Below, one piece after another: positions 1 through 8,464 of a DNA stretch of 26,609 nt (positions are counted from its first letter, which is position 1; each line of letters opens with the position of its first letter). The stretch is from assembly GCA_964491095.1 (NCBI GenBank), contig CAZBFC010000165.1, positions 1-26,609 on the forward strand, written 5' to 3'. A program made the translations under genes and the position numbers. Below the pieces are notes generated by a model. It saw only the letters and a program-made list of their open reading frames with translations, ran no database searches and was not told the origin of the DNA. The DNA comes from an uncultured archaeon. GTDB lineage: Archaea; Halobacteriota; Archaeoglobi; Archaeoglobales; Archaeoglobaceae.

Positions 1-1107
1 TAGTTTCATGAAGTAGCGTATAGCTGTGGGTGCGGTGTAGAATACTGTGACGCCGTATCTTTCGATTATGCTCCACCATCTATCGGGTTGAGGGTAATCT
101 GGGGCTCCTTCGTATATTAGCACGGTAGCTCCGTTGCTAAGTGGGCCATAGACAACATAGCTATGCCCGGTTATCCATCCAATATCTGCAGTGCACCAGT
201 ATATGTCCTCATCCTTTATGTCAAACACCCACTTCGTAGTTATGTGCGTCCCTACATTATACCCCCCATGTACATGCAACACTCCCTTTGGCTTCCCCGT
301 CGTGCCAGATGTATATAGAATGAACAGTGGATCTTCGGAGTCCATCACTTCAGGCTCGCACTTCCATGAAACTCCATACTGGATGTCGTGCCACCAGAGG
401 TCTCTGTCTTCCTGCATATTCACATCTAAGCCGAGTCTGTTGTAAACAACCACGTACTTAACGCTCGGAGCATCCTCCAAAGCCTCATCTACGATCTTTT
501 TGGTTTCGACGATCTTACCCCTTCTGTAGAATCCATCCATCGTGATTACGACCTTAGCCTGAGCATCGTTGATTCTGTCTCTCAAAGCCGTAGCCGAGAA
601 ACCTCCGAATACTACACTGTGAATTGCTCCAATTCTGGCGCATGCGAGCATGGCTACGACCAATTCAGGAACCATTCCCATGTAGATCGTCACTCTGTCC
701 CCTTTCTTAACTCCCAAGCTCTTCAATGCGTTTGCAAATCTGCAAACCCTTCTGTATAGTTCATAGTATGTCAGAACTCTTCTCTCATTTTCTGGCTCTC
801 CCTGCCATATTATTGCGGCTTTGTTTTTCCTCCACGTCTTAACGTGCCTGTCGAGGCAGTTGTACGTGATGTTTATCTTGCCACCGACAAACCACTTGTA
901 GAACGGAGCGTTGCTATCATCTAAAACCTTCTTGTAAGGTTCAAACCACTCGATTTCTGTTCTTGCAATCTCATCCCAAAATGCGATCCAATCCTTTTCA
1001 GCTTTTTCGTAAATGGATTCATCCTTAACCCAAGCCTTCTCCTTAAACTCATCCGGTGCCTCATATACCTCCTCAACTTTCATTAAAGATTCGATAGTTT
1101 TGGTCAT
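1..1107 (-). CDS. acs: Acetate--CoA ligase (AMP-forming acetyl-CoA synthetase), N-terminal 369 codons; runs off the window edge
   Basis: Not in the ORF track; translated by hand from ATG at 1107: [15 protein letters not shown]...[19 protein letters not shown]...[11 protein letters not shown]...[21 protein letters not shown]. Open to position 1, with a GGGGGTG SD upstream. Confidence 0.93.
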   Translation of the reverse strand, partial: MTKTIESLMKVEEVYEAPDEFKEKAWVKDESIYEKAEKDWIAFWDEIARTEIEWFEPYKKVLDDSNAPFYKWFVGGKINITYNCLDRHVKTWRKNKAAIIWQGEPENERRVLTYYELYRRVCRFANALKSLGVKKGDRVTIYMGMVPELVVAMLACARIGAIHSVVFGGFSATALRDRINDAQAKVVITMDGFYRRGKIVETKKIVDEALEDAPSVKYVVVYNRLGLDVNMQEDRDLWWHDIQYGVSWKCEPEVMDSEDPLFILYTSGTTGKPKGVLHVHGGYNVGTHITTKWVFDIKDEDIYWCTADIGWITGHSYVVYGPLSNGATVLIYEGAPDYPQPDRWWSIIERYGVTVFYTAPTAIRYFMKL

Positions 1108-1294
1108 TCAAACACCCCCGTCTGGGCTTTTATCCAGATCGACACTATTTAAATATTTCCTCGACATTCGTCTATTTCTTCAGTCTAAATTATTACCTTT
1201 TCCTAACCACGATGAATGTTCAATTTTAATATTTACGAATTTTACCGTGTTATGCTATAGACAGTCACATAAGAATTTAAAAATATAAAATTTA

Positions 1295-2011
1295 TCAATC
1301 TTTTTTCTTCCAGCTTTCCTTGATCTCCTTCTTGGTCGGTATCTTAGCCCTAAATGGACAATCCTTGGGGCGAGCTTCATTCTCTGGACATAAACCTAAG
1401 TTGTATCCCCTACAACCGATATCCTTGAATATCTCGGGATATATCTTAACCACTATGTCGTAGATCTTCTGTGCGAGTTCTCTCATCTCCGGAGCGGCTC
1501 TCTTGCAGAGCCTTAGGCCTAAGAAGTTAATCAGGCTCCTTGCGTTTATAGTCCATATGTAATGCGTATGTGTGGCCATCGGCAAAACGTATCTTGCAAC
1601 CTCTAAAGCCTCAGATTTGCTGTAACCCTTTTCTAGCATTTTCTCATATATCTTGATGTAATTTTGTCTAGCGGATTCCATTGCCTCCTTAAAAATCTTA
1701 ACGAGTTCTTCATCGTCTCTAATCGGCGGGGGAATCACGTAACCGAAGTCCTTTTCGATATTGTACCTTGTAGATCTTGCCGTATGGCTTGCTATCCTGT
1801 GCTCCAAAAGCTCTCTGCTCAATGCTATGCTTATTTCGGATATGTCGAACGTGAAGTATATGTGTTCTATTGCACTCGTATAGTCGTTTTCGACGACCAT
1901 CCTAACGATCTCCTCATCGCTCAAGCCCTCTGGAATTCCACTAACCCTGCAGCCCTCAGCCACAAGCTTTACTCCATCGGGTGTATACCTCAAAAGCTTA
2001 ACCTTAACCAT
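1295..2011 (-). CDS. thyX: Flavin-dependent thymidylate synthase ThyX family, divergent motifs
   Basis: SAIEH..FTFDI, xHRIAS...S.RY, ARYVLP, NARSLINFL.LR.C..A..E.R motifs; lies directly downstream of nrdG (gene ends abut at 2011/2012). Confidence 0.8.
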   Translation of the reverse strand: MVKVKLLRYTPDGVKLVAEGCRVSGIPEGLSDEEIVRMVVENDYTSAIEHIYFTFDISEISIALSRELLEHRIASHTARSTRYNIEKDFGYVIPPPIRDDEELVKIFKEAMESARQNYIKIYEKMLEKGYSKSEALEVARYVLPMATHTHYIWTINARSLINFLGLRLCKRAAPEMRELAQKIYDIVVKIYPEIFKDIGCRGYNLGLCPENEARPKDCPFRAKIPTKKEIKESWKKKD

Positions 2012-2725
2012 TCAAACCTCCTCCTCTCCCTCGCATCTCACTATAACTTTCGGAACGAACTTCTTTGCTACCTTTCCAAGCTTGATTAAATAATCCTTCG
2101 GATATGGCTCAACATGCTTGAATTTTTCATCCAAAACATTTTCGTTTCTAAACTGCTGTAGAACGTATCTTTTTACACCAAAATCGGCTAAGATTTTGGC
2201 GATTTCAAATATCTCAGCCTCATCGACAATCGTAGGAACGACGGTCGTTCGAATTTCAAATTCTATGCCGGATTCTGCCAGGATCTTTAGGCTCTCCAAA
2301 ACCTTCTCAGTCGAATCTTTTTTACCAGTAAGCTCTGGATATCTATTTGGAATCGTTTTAAAGTCCATCGCTACGTAATCAATCAGTGATAGTAGCTTGG
2401 ATAGTTTATCTGGATAATATCCATTTGTATCGATCTTCACGGCCAATCCAAGATCCTTTAGCCTTGCTATCAATTCTTTAAGCTCGTCTAAATTCTGCAT
2501 CAGGGGTTCTCCACCGGTGAAACAAACACCATCGATTAAGAAATTCCTTCTTATCTCTGCAACTATCTCATCAACTCCAACTCGTCTTCCACCCTTGAGC
2601 AGTTCGTGATTCTGGCAGTAAGGGCATCTAAATGGACAGCCAGCAAAGAAAACCACTGAACATAGTTTTCCAGGAAAATCGATTGTGGAAAGATCTAAAA
2701 TACCTCCAAGCAGCATACATATCAC
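2012..2725 (-). CDS. nrdG: Anaerobic ribonucleoside-triphosphate reductase activating protein (radical SAM)
   Basis: CxxxCxxC (CPFRCPYC), FTGGEP and IDTNG motifs; nrdD nearby. The start could instead be the ATG at 2716. Confidence 0.9.
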   Translation of the reverse strand: MICMLLGGILDLSTIDFPGKLCSVVFFAGCPFRCPYCQNHELLKGGRRVGVDEIVAEIRRNFLIDGVCFTGGEPLMQNLDELKELIARLKDLGLAVKIDTNGYYPDKLSKLLSLIDYVAMDFKTIPNRYPELTGKKDSTEKVLESLKILAESGIEFEIRTTVVPTIVDEAEIFEIAKILADFGVKRYVLQQFRNENVLDEKFKHVEPYPKDYLIKLGKVAKKFVPKVIVRCEGEEEV

Positions 2726-2970
2726 TTCATTAGCTTTAGAATTTCCTCCTTAAGCTGCTCTTTTGTGGGAACCTCCCCCCTAAACAGAACCTCCTCACCA
2801 AAGGCGATGGACGGTGTTGATGCGACGTTGTATTGTAAGGCCGTGATGAGGTCTTTTTCTATGTCTATCTCCTCATATTCAAGCCCAAGTTCTTCCGCAA
2901 CCTCTTTCGCTATAGCTTTGGCGTTGGGGCATTGTGGACAATCTTTCTTCGTGAATACTATGAGTTTCAT
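2722..2970 (-). CDS. Glutaredoxin/thioredoxin-like redoxin (NrdH-like)
   Basis: 82 aa, N-terminal CPQC, cis-Pro motif STPS; 4-bp overlap with nrdG. Confidence 0.85.
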   Translation of the reverse strand: MKLIVFTKKDCPQCPNAKAIAKEVAEELGLEYEEIDIEKDLITALQYNVASTPSIAFGEEVLFRGEVPTKEQLKEEILKLMK

Positions 2971-3092
2971 GTTTTGTCTTTAGGTGGTGAGAATTAAAAT
3001 ATTGTTAATGATCGAGACTTTAGGAATCCTTAAAAATAAATCCCAATAGTGAAATATAGGAAAAATAAAAATTTGCAGAATTAAACTGTACA

Positions 3093-3614
3093 GTGATGAT
3101 AGATGAATCTGAAGAAGGTGGTAGATTATTGATAGTAGGAAACGTTCTTGTAATAGTTCTGATGTTTTTGGTTGGAATTTACTATTATCTGATTTTACCT
3201 GAAACAGTTCCAATGCACTTCGGTTTCAGCGGGAGGCCTGATAGATACGGCAGCAAAAATGAGATCATGATCATACCGTTTCTCCTTTCTATAACTCAGC
3301 TTACGTTTTTGATAATGTTTAAATTTAGATTTAGGATGTGGAGATTCCTTAACGTTCCAATAGATTTAAGCAAGCTTGATGAAAGAAGAAGAGCTATAGC
3401 AGTAAACAGATATTTCGAACTTCTGTTGAGATTTTCGTTCGGACTTGGATTGTGTTTGCTTCTGCTTGAGGTAGGATCGTTTGAATGCATGAAGATCGGG
3501 AGGTTGACTTGGTGGTACTATGTCCTATTACTCCCAATTTTTCTCTTGATAATTCCATTTATGATATCCTATTCGAGGCTTAATGAAGAGTTAAAGCAAG
3601 AGCTTGGTCTGTAG
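3093..3614 (+). CDS. DUF1648-type membrane protein
   Basis: LPETVPMHFGFSGRPDRYGSK signature and about four hydrophobic segments. Confidence 0.7.
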   Translation: MMIDESEEGGRLLIVGNVLVIVLMFLVGIYYYLILPETVPMHFGFSGRPDRYGSKNEIMIIPFLLSITQLTFLIMFKFRFRMWRFLNVPIDLSKLDERRRAIAVNRYFELLLRFSFGLGLCLLLLEVGSFECMKIGRLTWWYYVLLLPIFLLIIPFMISYSRLNEELKQELGL

Positions 3615-3761
3615 AAGATACATTTATCAACAGGTTTGATACTGCTATGCATATGCTTAACAAGATGTTTAGGTTCATAGATCTTTATCCTGACCTCTCG
3701 ACATTTTTCGTAATACTGTTATCAATTACTCAGATCCTTATAGGAAATTGATGTCAAAGTT

Positions 3762-4250
3762 TTGATTCTTTCGATATCTCTTATGCTACCTACCATGCTC
3801 ATAACGTTACCAATGAACATTTTGATGAAGAAGACGTTTAAGATGAAAAGACCTAAGAGCTATTACGGGATTGTAAAAGGTAGTAGTATGTTTGAAGGAT
3901 CCTTTCCATCTTTCCATTCCCAATTCTCCGCCGGAGAAGCGACAACGTTTATTCTTGGAATAGCCCTTTTTTCATCAGAAAGAATCCGTTTTGTTGCAAC
4001 TTTGTTTGCAATCGTGATAGCTGGTGTTTTATCGGTCTTAATTGCAATATCACGTGTTGCCATCGGTATGCATCACATTGCAGATGCAATAGGAGGATTT
4101 TTGCTTGGTGTTCTAATCGGATTCTGTGTGGTTTACGGGATCGCTAAGCTTTGGGAAACAATTCCTATTCTATGGCATCTCTCAATTATCGCAACATTTG
4201 TGGCATTCGTTTTCATACTTTCAGATAGGCAGAGGAGGTTGAGAGCATGA
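3762..4250 (+). CDS. PAP2-family membrane phosphatase (N-terminus possibly frameshifted)
   Basis: C1 Kx6RP (KKTFKMKRP), C2 PSFH, C3 SRx5Hx3D (SRVAIGMHHIAD). Confidence 0.75.
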   Translation: MILSISLMLPTMLITLPMNILMKKTFKMKRPKSYYGIVKGSSMFEGSFPSFHSQFSAGEATTFILGIALFSSERIRFVATLFAIVIAGVLSVLIAISRVAIGMHHIADAIGGFLLGVLIGFCVVYGIAKLWETIPILWHLSIIATFVAFVFILSDRQRRLRA

Positions 4251-4717
4251 TCAAATACGATAGGCTTGCAAAATTCGTAACCGTTGCGGTGTGGGTCGGT
4301 GTAACTTTTATCTTCATTAGGAACATCTTTGCCTGTAGGTTTGACATTCTTAAGCTGTTATCCCTGAACATTCTTCTAGTCATCGTCCTCATTGTTCCCT
4401 ATCTCTTCTCCTTAAGAGATGTGCGAGTAGCTGATGGTTGCATAGTCATCAAAAGGGTTCTTGGAAAAATAACGATCCCATTTGAAAATGTAGCAAAGGT
4501 GAATTTACTTCCCAGCATTGGCCTATTTAGAGTTAGACTGCTTGGCTCCTTTGGTCTTTACGGTTATTTCGGTTACTTTTACATACCAAAACTCGGATTG
4601 GTTAGAATGTACGCTACAAGGCTACATGATCTTGTCCTGATAGAGTGCAAAGATGGAAGGAAGTTTATAGTTAGCCCAAAGGATTCCTATAAATTTGTAG
4701 AAGAGTTTTTTTTATGA
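4247..4717 (+). CDS. Membrane-anchored bacterial PH-domain protein
   Basis: Two TM helices, then GxFGxxGYFG.F...KLG.VRMYAT..DLVLIE...G.KFIVSP pattern; ATGA overlap with the upstream gene. Confidence 0.55.
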   Translation: MIKYDRLAKFVTVAVWVGVTFIFIRNIFACRFDILKLLSLNILLVIVLIVPYLFSLRDVRVADGCIVIKRVLGKITIPFENVAKVNLLPSIGLFRVRLLGSFGLYGYFGYFYIPKLGLVRMYATRLHDLVLIECKDGRKFIVSPKDSYKFVEEFFL

Positions 4718-4728
4718 AAAATTAAAAA

Positions 4729-6870
4729 TCAGCCCAAGTTAACCCTCTTTCTATCGAACAGCTCTTTTACCTTTCCATCGTTCCAACCGCTGACCCTCTG
4801 GTAATAGCCGGTCACCCTTGAGTACCATTCGATGTCCTTGCTTCCGCAGAACGGGCAATTCTTCTTTATTCCCCCACTCAACCTCTTGCAGCTCCTACAG
4901 AAGGTCATGTCCTTCGTATAAGCCCAGTAGCCAATGAGAGTCTTTGTTGCGATCTTCTTGGTAAGCTCCCAGAGCAGTTCTGGATTTGGAGAGCTTTCTC
5001 CAATCCAGACGTGGGCCATCATTCCTCCATTGCAAAGTGGATGGAACGCTCCCTCGATCTTCAACCTCTCAAATAACGGGATATCTGCACTTACCCTCAC
5101 ATGTGAGCTGTTGGTGTAGTAGACGGCTCCGGTCTTGACATCTCCCTGCACGACCGCCTTTCCGTTGAACTCCTTTAAATCGAGTAAGGCCAATCTATGT
5201 GCGGCAGATTCAGCTGGTGTTTGAGTTATGACCCATCTCTGTCCAGTTTCAAGGCTCCATTCTATCGCTATGTCGAGCATGAACTTTATAACCTCCAATC
5301 CGAACCTCCAGGCATCTTTGCTCTCATGCAGCTCCTCTCCGGTATGAGCCTTGAGCATCTCATTCAGCCCGACAAAACCTATCGATCTGACAACCTTATC
5401 GACCCTGTAATACGGCTCTCCGTTTACGTCCTGCGTTAAGAACGGCAGAGAACCTTGCTTCATTCTCTTAATAATTATCTCCCTTTTGATCTCTATTACC
5501 TCTCTAGCGAGCTTCATCCTCTCTTCCAATATCTCAAACAACTTCTCGTCGTTGCCGTTAGCCTCGTAGGCAATCCTTGGAAGGTTTATCGTTACTACCT
5601 GCAGGCTGCCCGTTCTCATGCACCCATTCTTGAAATCTTCCCAGTCCTGGTTATCTGGAGAAAGGACAAGTCTACAGCACTGCGCAAACACGTTATCCGG
5701 CAGATAGCCGGCTAGCAGATTTAGGAAGTATGGAGTTCCGTATTTAGCCACAACCCTATGCACGAGGATCATGAAATCATCAAAGCCTTCCTTCTTGAAG
5801 CACTCTTTCCTAAGTTTGTAGTTCGGCTTGGGGAAGAAGAACGGCTTTCCAACGTAATCACCCTCCAAGTAGACTTCTGTCAAAGCCCTTGCAAACATTA
5901 TTGCTTCCTCCTCGAAATCGCCGTACGTGATGGAATCCTTAACGACTCCACCCGGCAGAACTGCTGGCAGATCTTGACAGATCTTTGGAACTCCGTATTC
6001 GATATCTATGTCGCTGAAGACGGTCTGACCTCCTCTGGCCACGTACATCTGAGACATTTCGTAAACGAACATCTGGGCAAGTTGCTTTATTTCCTTGTAG
6101 GTCTTACCGGCCATATACGGTGCCAACCAAACGTTGAAGAAGTCCAAACCCTGTCCACCGGCGAAGTTGGTTTGCGCAGCTGCCAAAGCCTTTGCAGCGT
6201 GCAGTATGGCAACTTCAGCGTTCTTAGCTGGACCAGCAACGGCGGTATTTTCTCCTGTCCCGTCAACCTTCAAACCGTTCTTCAGGAACCATCTTAAATC
6301 GTGCTGGAAGCAGTAAGGTCTTGTGACAAAATACTCAAGATCGTGGATGTGAATCTCACCGCGCATGTGCGCATCGGCCAAATGCAATGGTAAGGCTTTA
6401 AGTAGGGCGTATTCCTTCATCACCCAATCTGCTACGAGCTTGTGGATAGTTTCAGGGTTGTGCTGCAAGTTGGCGTTTTCTCTAATACCCTTCTCGATTA
6501 TCTGAGTTGCATCGTAAACGGGCAATCCTAACCTCGTGTAGTCTCTTCTTGCATCCTCAAGTCTTCTTTCAAGCAGTTTCACGTTAACTATCTCTCTGAT
6601 GAGGGGTGCTGAGATGAACTTGAGTTTGAGCTTTTTAATCGTTTCCTCAACCTCTAAGGCGATCTCTTCAGCGACCTCCCTAGGAATACTGGTCTCTTTA
6701 ATCAGCGATTTAACGATCTTACTTCTATCAAAACTCTCAATTGTATTTCGGGAAGTCCTAACAGTCAGAAATTCCTTGTTATGATCAAATTCTGCATCAC
6801 TAAAGTCAGTATTAGCCATAATCAGAGATACAGCATTGGAAGTTTTAAAATTTATCCTCAAATTATACAT
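4729..6870 (-). CDS. nrdD: Class III anaerobic ribonucleoside-triphosphate reductase with N-terminal ATP cone
   Basis: ATP cone (VRTSRNTIESFDRSKI), IHIHDL, PYC, QCCRL, Zn site CxxC..CxxC and glycyl-radical loop YSRVTGYY. The true start may be the ATG at 6819. Confidence 0.95.
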   Translation of the reverse strand: MYNLRINFKTSNAVSLIMANTDFSDAEFDHNKEFLTVRTSRNTIESFDRSKIVKSLIKETSIPREVAEEIALEVEETIKKLKLKFISAPLIREIVNVKLLERRLEDARRDYTRLGLPVYDATQIIEKGIRENANLQHNPETIHKLVADWVMKEYALLKALPLHLADAHMRGEIHIHDLEYFVTRPYCFQHDLRWFLKNGLKVDGTGENTAVAGPAKNAEVAILHAAKALAAAQTNFAGGQGLDFFNVWLAPYMAGKTYKEIKQLAQMFVYEMSQMYVARGGQTVFSDIDIEYGVPKICQDLPAVLPGGVVKDSITYGDFEEEAIMFARALTEVYLEGDYVGKPFFFPKPNYKLRKECFKKEGFDDFMILVHRVVAKYGTPYFLNLLAGYLPDNVFAQCCRLVLSPDNQDWEDFKNGCMRTGSLQVVTINLPRIAYEANGNDEKLFEILEERMKLAREVIEIKREIIIKRMKQGSLPFLTQDVNGEPYYRVDKVVRSIGFVGLNEMLKAHTGEELHESKDAWRFGLEVIKFMLDIAIEWSLETGQRWVITQTPAESAAHRLALLDLKEFNGKAVVQGDVKTGAVYYTNSSHVRVSADIPLFERLKIEGAFHPLCNGGMMAHVWIGESSPNPELLWELTKKIATKTLIGYWAYTKDMTFCRSCKRLSGGIKKNCPFCGSKDIEWYSRVTGYYQRVSGWNDGKVKELFDRKRVNLG

Positions 6871-6959
6871 TTGTCACAGATGAAATAAAGCTTAGAATCG
6901 ATATTATATAAATTGATTATATTAATAATGTTTTTAACCCTTTGTGAAAAATATGACGT

Positions 6960-7016
6960 TGGGTGATGAAACATCTCTCACCAGAGCCGGGATGAGGATC
7001 CCCCGATAGTCTGAAA
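6960..7016 (+). ncRNA. Box C/D methylation-guide sRNA (1 of 2)
   Basis: C GUGAUGA 6963-6969; 12-nt guide; D' CAGA 6982-6985; C' GGGAUGA 6989-6995; 15-nt guide; D CUGA 7011-7014. TTTTTAA TATA-like element about 6931-6937. Confidence 0.85.
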
Positions 7017-7072
7017 AATGATGATTTAGGGGCTGTCCGACTGGCTGTGAAGAAGGGCATACGGTACTGACC
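7016..7072 (+). ncRNA. Box C/D methylation-guide sRNA (2 of 2)
   Basis: C AUGAUGA 7018-7024; 12-nt guide; D' CCGA 7037-7040; C' GUGAAGA 7047-7053; 13-nt guide; D CUGA 7067-7070. Confidence 0.87.
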
Positions 7073-7108
7073 AAAACGCTTAATACTTCATCAAAATCAC
7101 TTGATAAC

Positions 7109-8464
7109 ATGTCAAATTTTTTGGACAAAATATTGAGAGTTGATTACAGTCTTCCAAAATTCGAGTGTTTGGATGAGTACTGGCTGAACAAACCCTTTGC
7201 CAAGGCCGTAATAACCAAAGATGAGTACATAGTCGTTGAACCACCACTGAGCAGAAGAGAACTCGATCTGCTTGAAGGTATAAAGTTCGATCTTAGAAGG
7301 AGCTTCATTGTAAGGGATCCGTTTCAAATAGTTAACAAGGAAGATGTACTTTTTAGGGAGTTCGTTAAAAGAGTTAAGGGGTTCGATGTCAAAACTATTG
7401 GAAAATTGTGGTATTACCTTAGGAGGGATTCAATAGGTTACGGTAAGATAGATCCCATACTGAGAGATAGGAATGTGGAGGATATTTCTTGCAGTGGCTA
7501 CGATCTTCCAGTTTACGTTTATCACAGGGCGTATGGAAGCCTTAAAACTAACATTAAATTTTCCAGGAATGAGTTGGACGATTTCGTCCTTAAACTCGCT
7601 CACAAGGCGAACGTCCAGCTTTCCTTGGAAAACCCTATCGCCGATTCAATGCTTCCGACTGGAGAAAGGATACAGCTCACTTACAAGAGCGTGGTGAGTA
7701 CAAGGGGAAGTAGCTTTTCGATCAGAAGGAGCAAGGAGGAGCCTATAACTCCAGTAGATCTAATAGCTTGGAAAACAGCCACTCCAGAAATAATGGCATT
7801 TCTTTGGCTTTGTGTCGAGGCCAGAAAAAACGTACTAATAATTGGACAAACGGCAAGCGGCAAGACCACACTATTGAACGCTATTTCGATGTTCATACCT
7901 AAAAACTCCAAGATAGTTTCAATAGAGGATACCAGAGAGCTAAGGTTACCGCATGAGAATTGGATACCGTTTATTGCAAAGGATTTCGATGGTATGTTCG
8001 AGCTCTTGAAAGCTTCTCTGAGGCAGAGACCCGAATACATACTGCTCGGCGAGATAAGGGGTAGGGAGGCTCTGGTACTTTTTCAAGCGATGAGCACCGG
8101 ACACGCATCTTACTCAACATTGCATGCCAGAGATGTGAAATCAGCTGTTAATAGGCTCGTTAATGACCCCATAAACGTTCCAAAACCTATGTTCGAGTCT
8201 CTGGACTACATAGTTGCATTGGAGATGAAATGGAGGGGAGGCAGAATAGATAGAAGGGTAAGGGGTGTTTATGAGATGCATGGGACCGATTATGAGCCAA
8301 TGGATGAACCTGATCTGAGCGGGTTTGAAGTGTTCGAAGATCCAGAGAAGGAGTTTTCGGAAAGGATCGAGTTTCTTAGGAAGATGGTTAAAGAAAGACC
8401 GAATGCAATGGAATTCTTCAGGAGGATCAACGACTATGCTAAGAGAAGCTATAAGACTTGCTAG
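7109..8464 (+). CDS. Type IV pilus / type II-IV secretion ATPase (VirB11/FlaI/TadA-like)
   Basis: GYGKIDP, EDISC, Walker A GQTASGKT, IEDTRE, Walker B RQRPEYILLGEIRG, His box TGH...TLH. Confidence 0.92.
   Translation: MSNFLDKILRVDYSLPKFECLDEYWLNKPFAKAVITKDEYIVVEPPLSRRELDLLEGIKFDLRRSFIVRDPFQIVNKEDVLFREFVKRVKGFDVKTIGKLWYYLRRDSIGYGKIDPILRDRNVEDISCSGYDLPVYVYHRAYGSLKTNIKFSRNELDDFVLKLAHKANVQLSLENPIADSMLPTGERIQLTYKSVVSTRGSSFSIRRSKEEPITPVDLIAWKTATPEIMAFLWLCVEARKNVLIIGQTASGKTTLLNAISMFIPKNSKIVSIEDTRELRLPHENWIPFIAKDFDGMFELLKASLRQRPEYILLGEIRGREALVLFQAMSTGHASYSTLHARDVKSAVNRLVNDPINVPKPMFESLDYIVALEMKWRGGRIDRRVRGVYEMHGTDYEPMDEPDLSGFEVFEDPEKEFSERIEFLRKMVKERPNAMEFFRRINDYAKRSYKTC

Noticed and set aside
4729-6870. 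Inteins or introns in nrdD (also checked radA)
   Set aside because: Lengths are normal, with no splicing or LAGLIDADG motifs.
6934-7128. 64-aa minus-strand ORF
   Set aside because: It is antisense to the two C/D sRNAs, which explain the region better.
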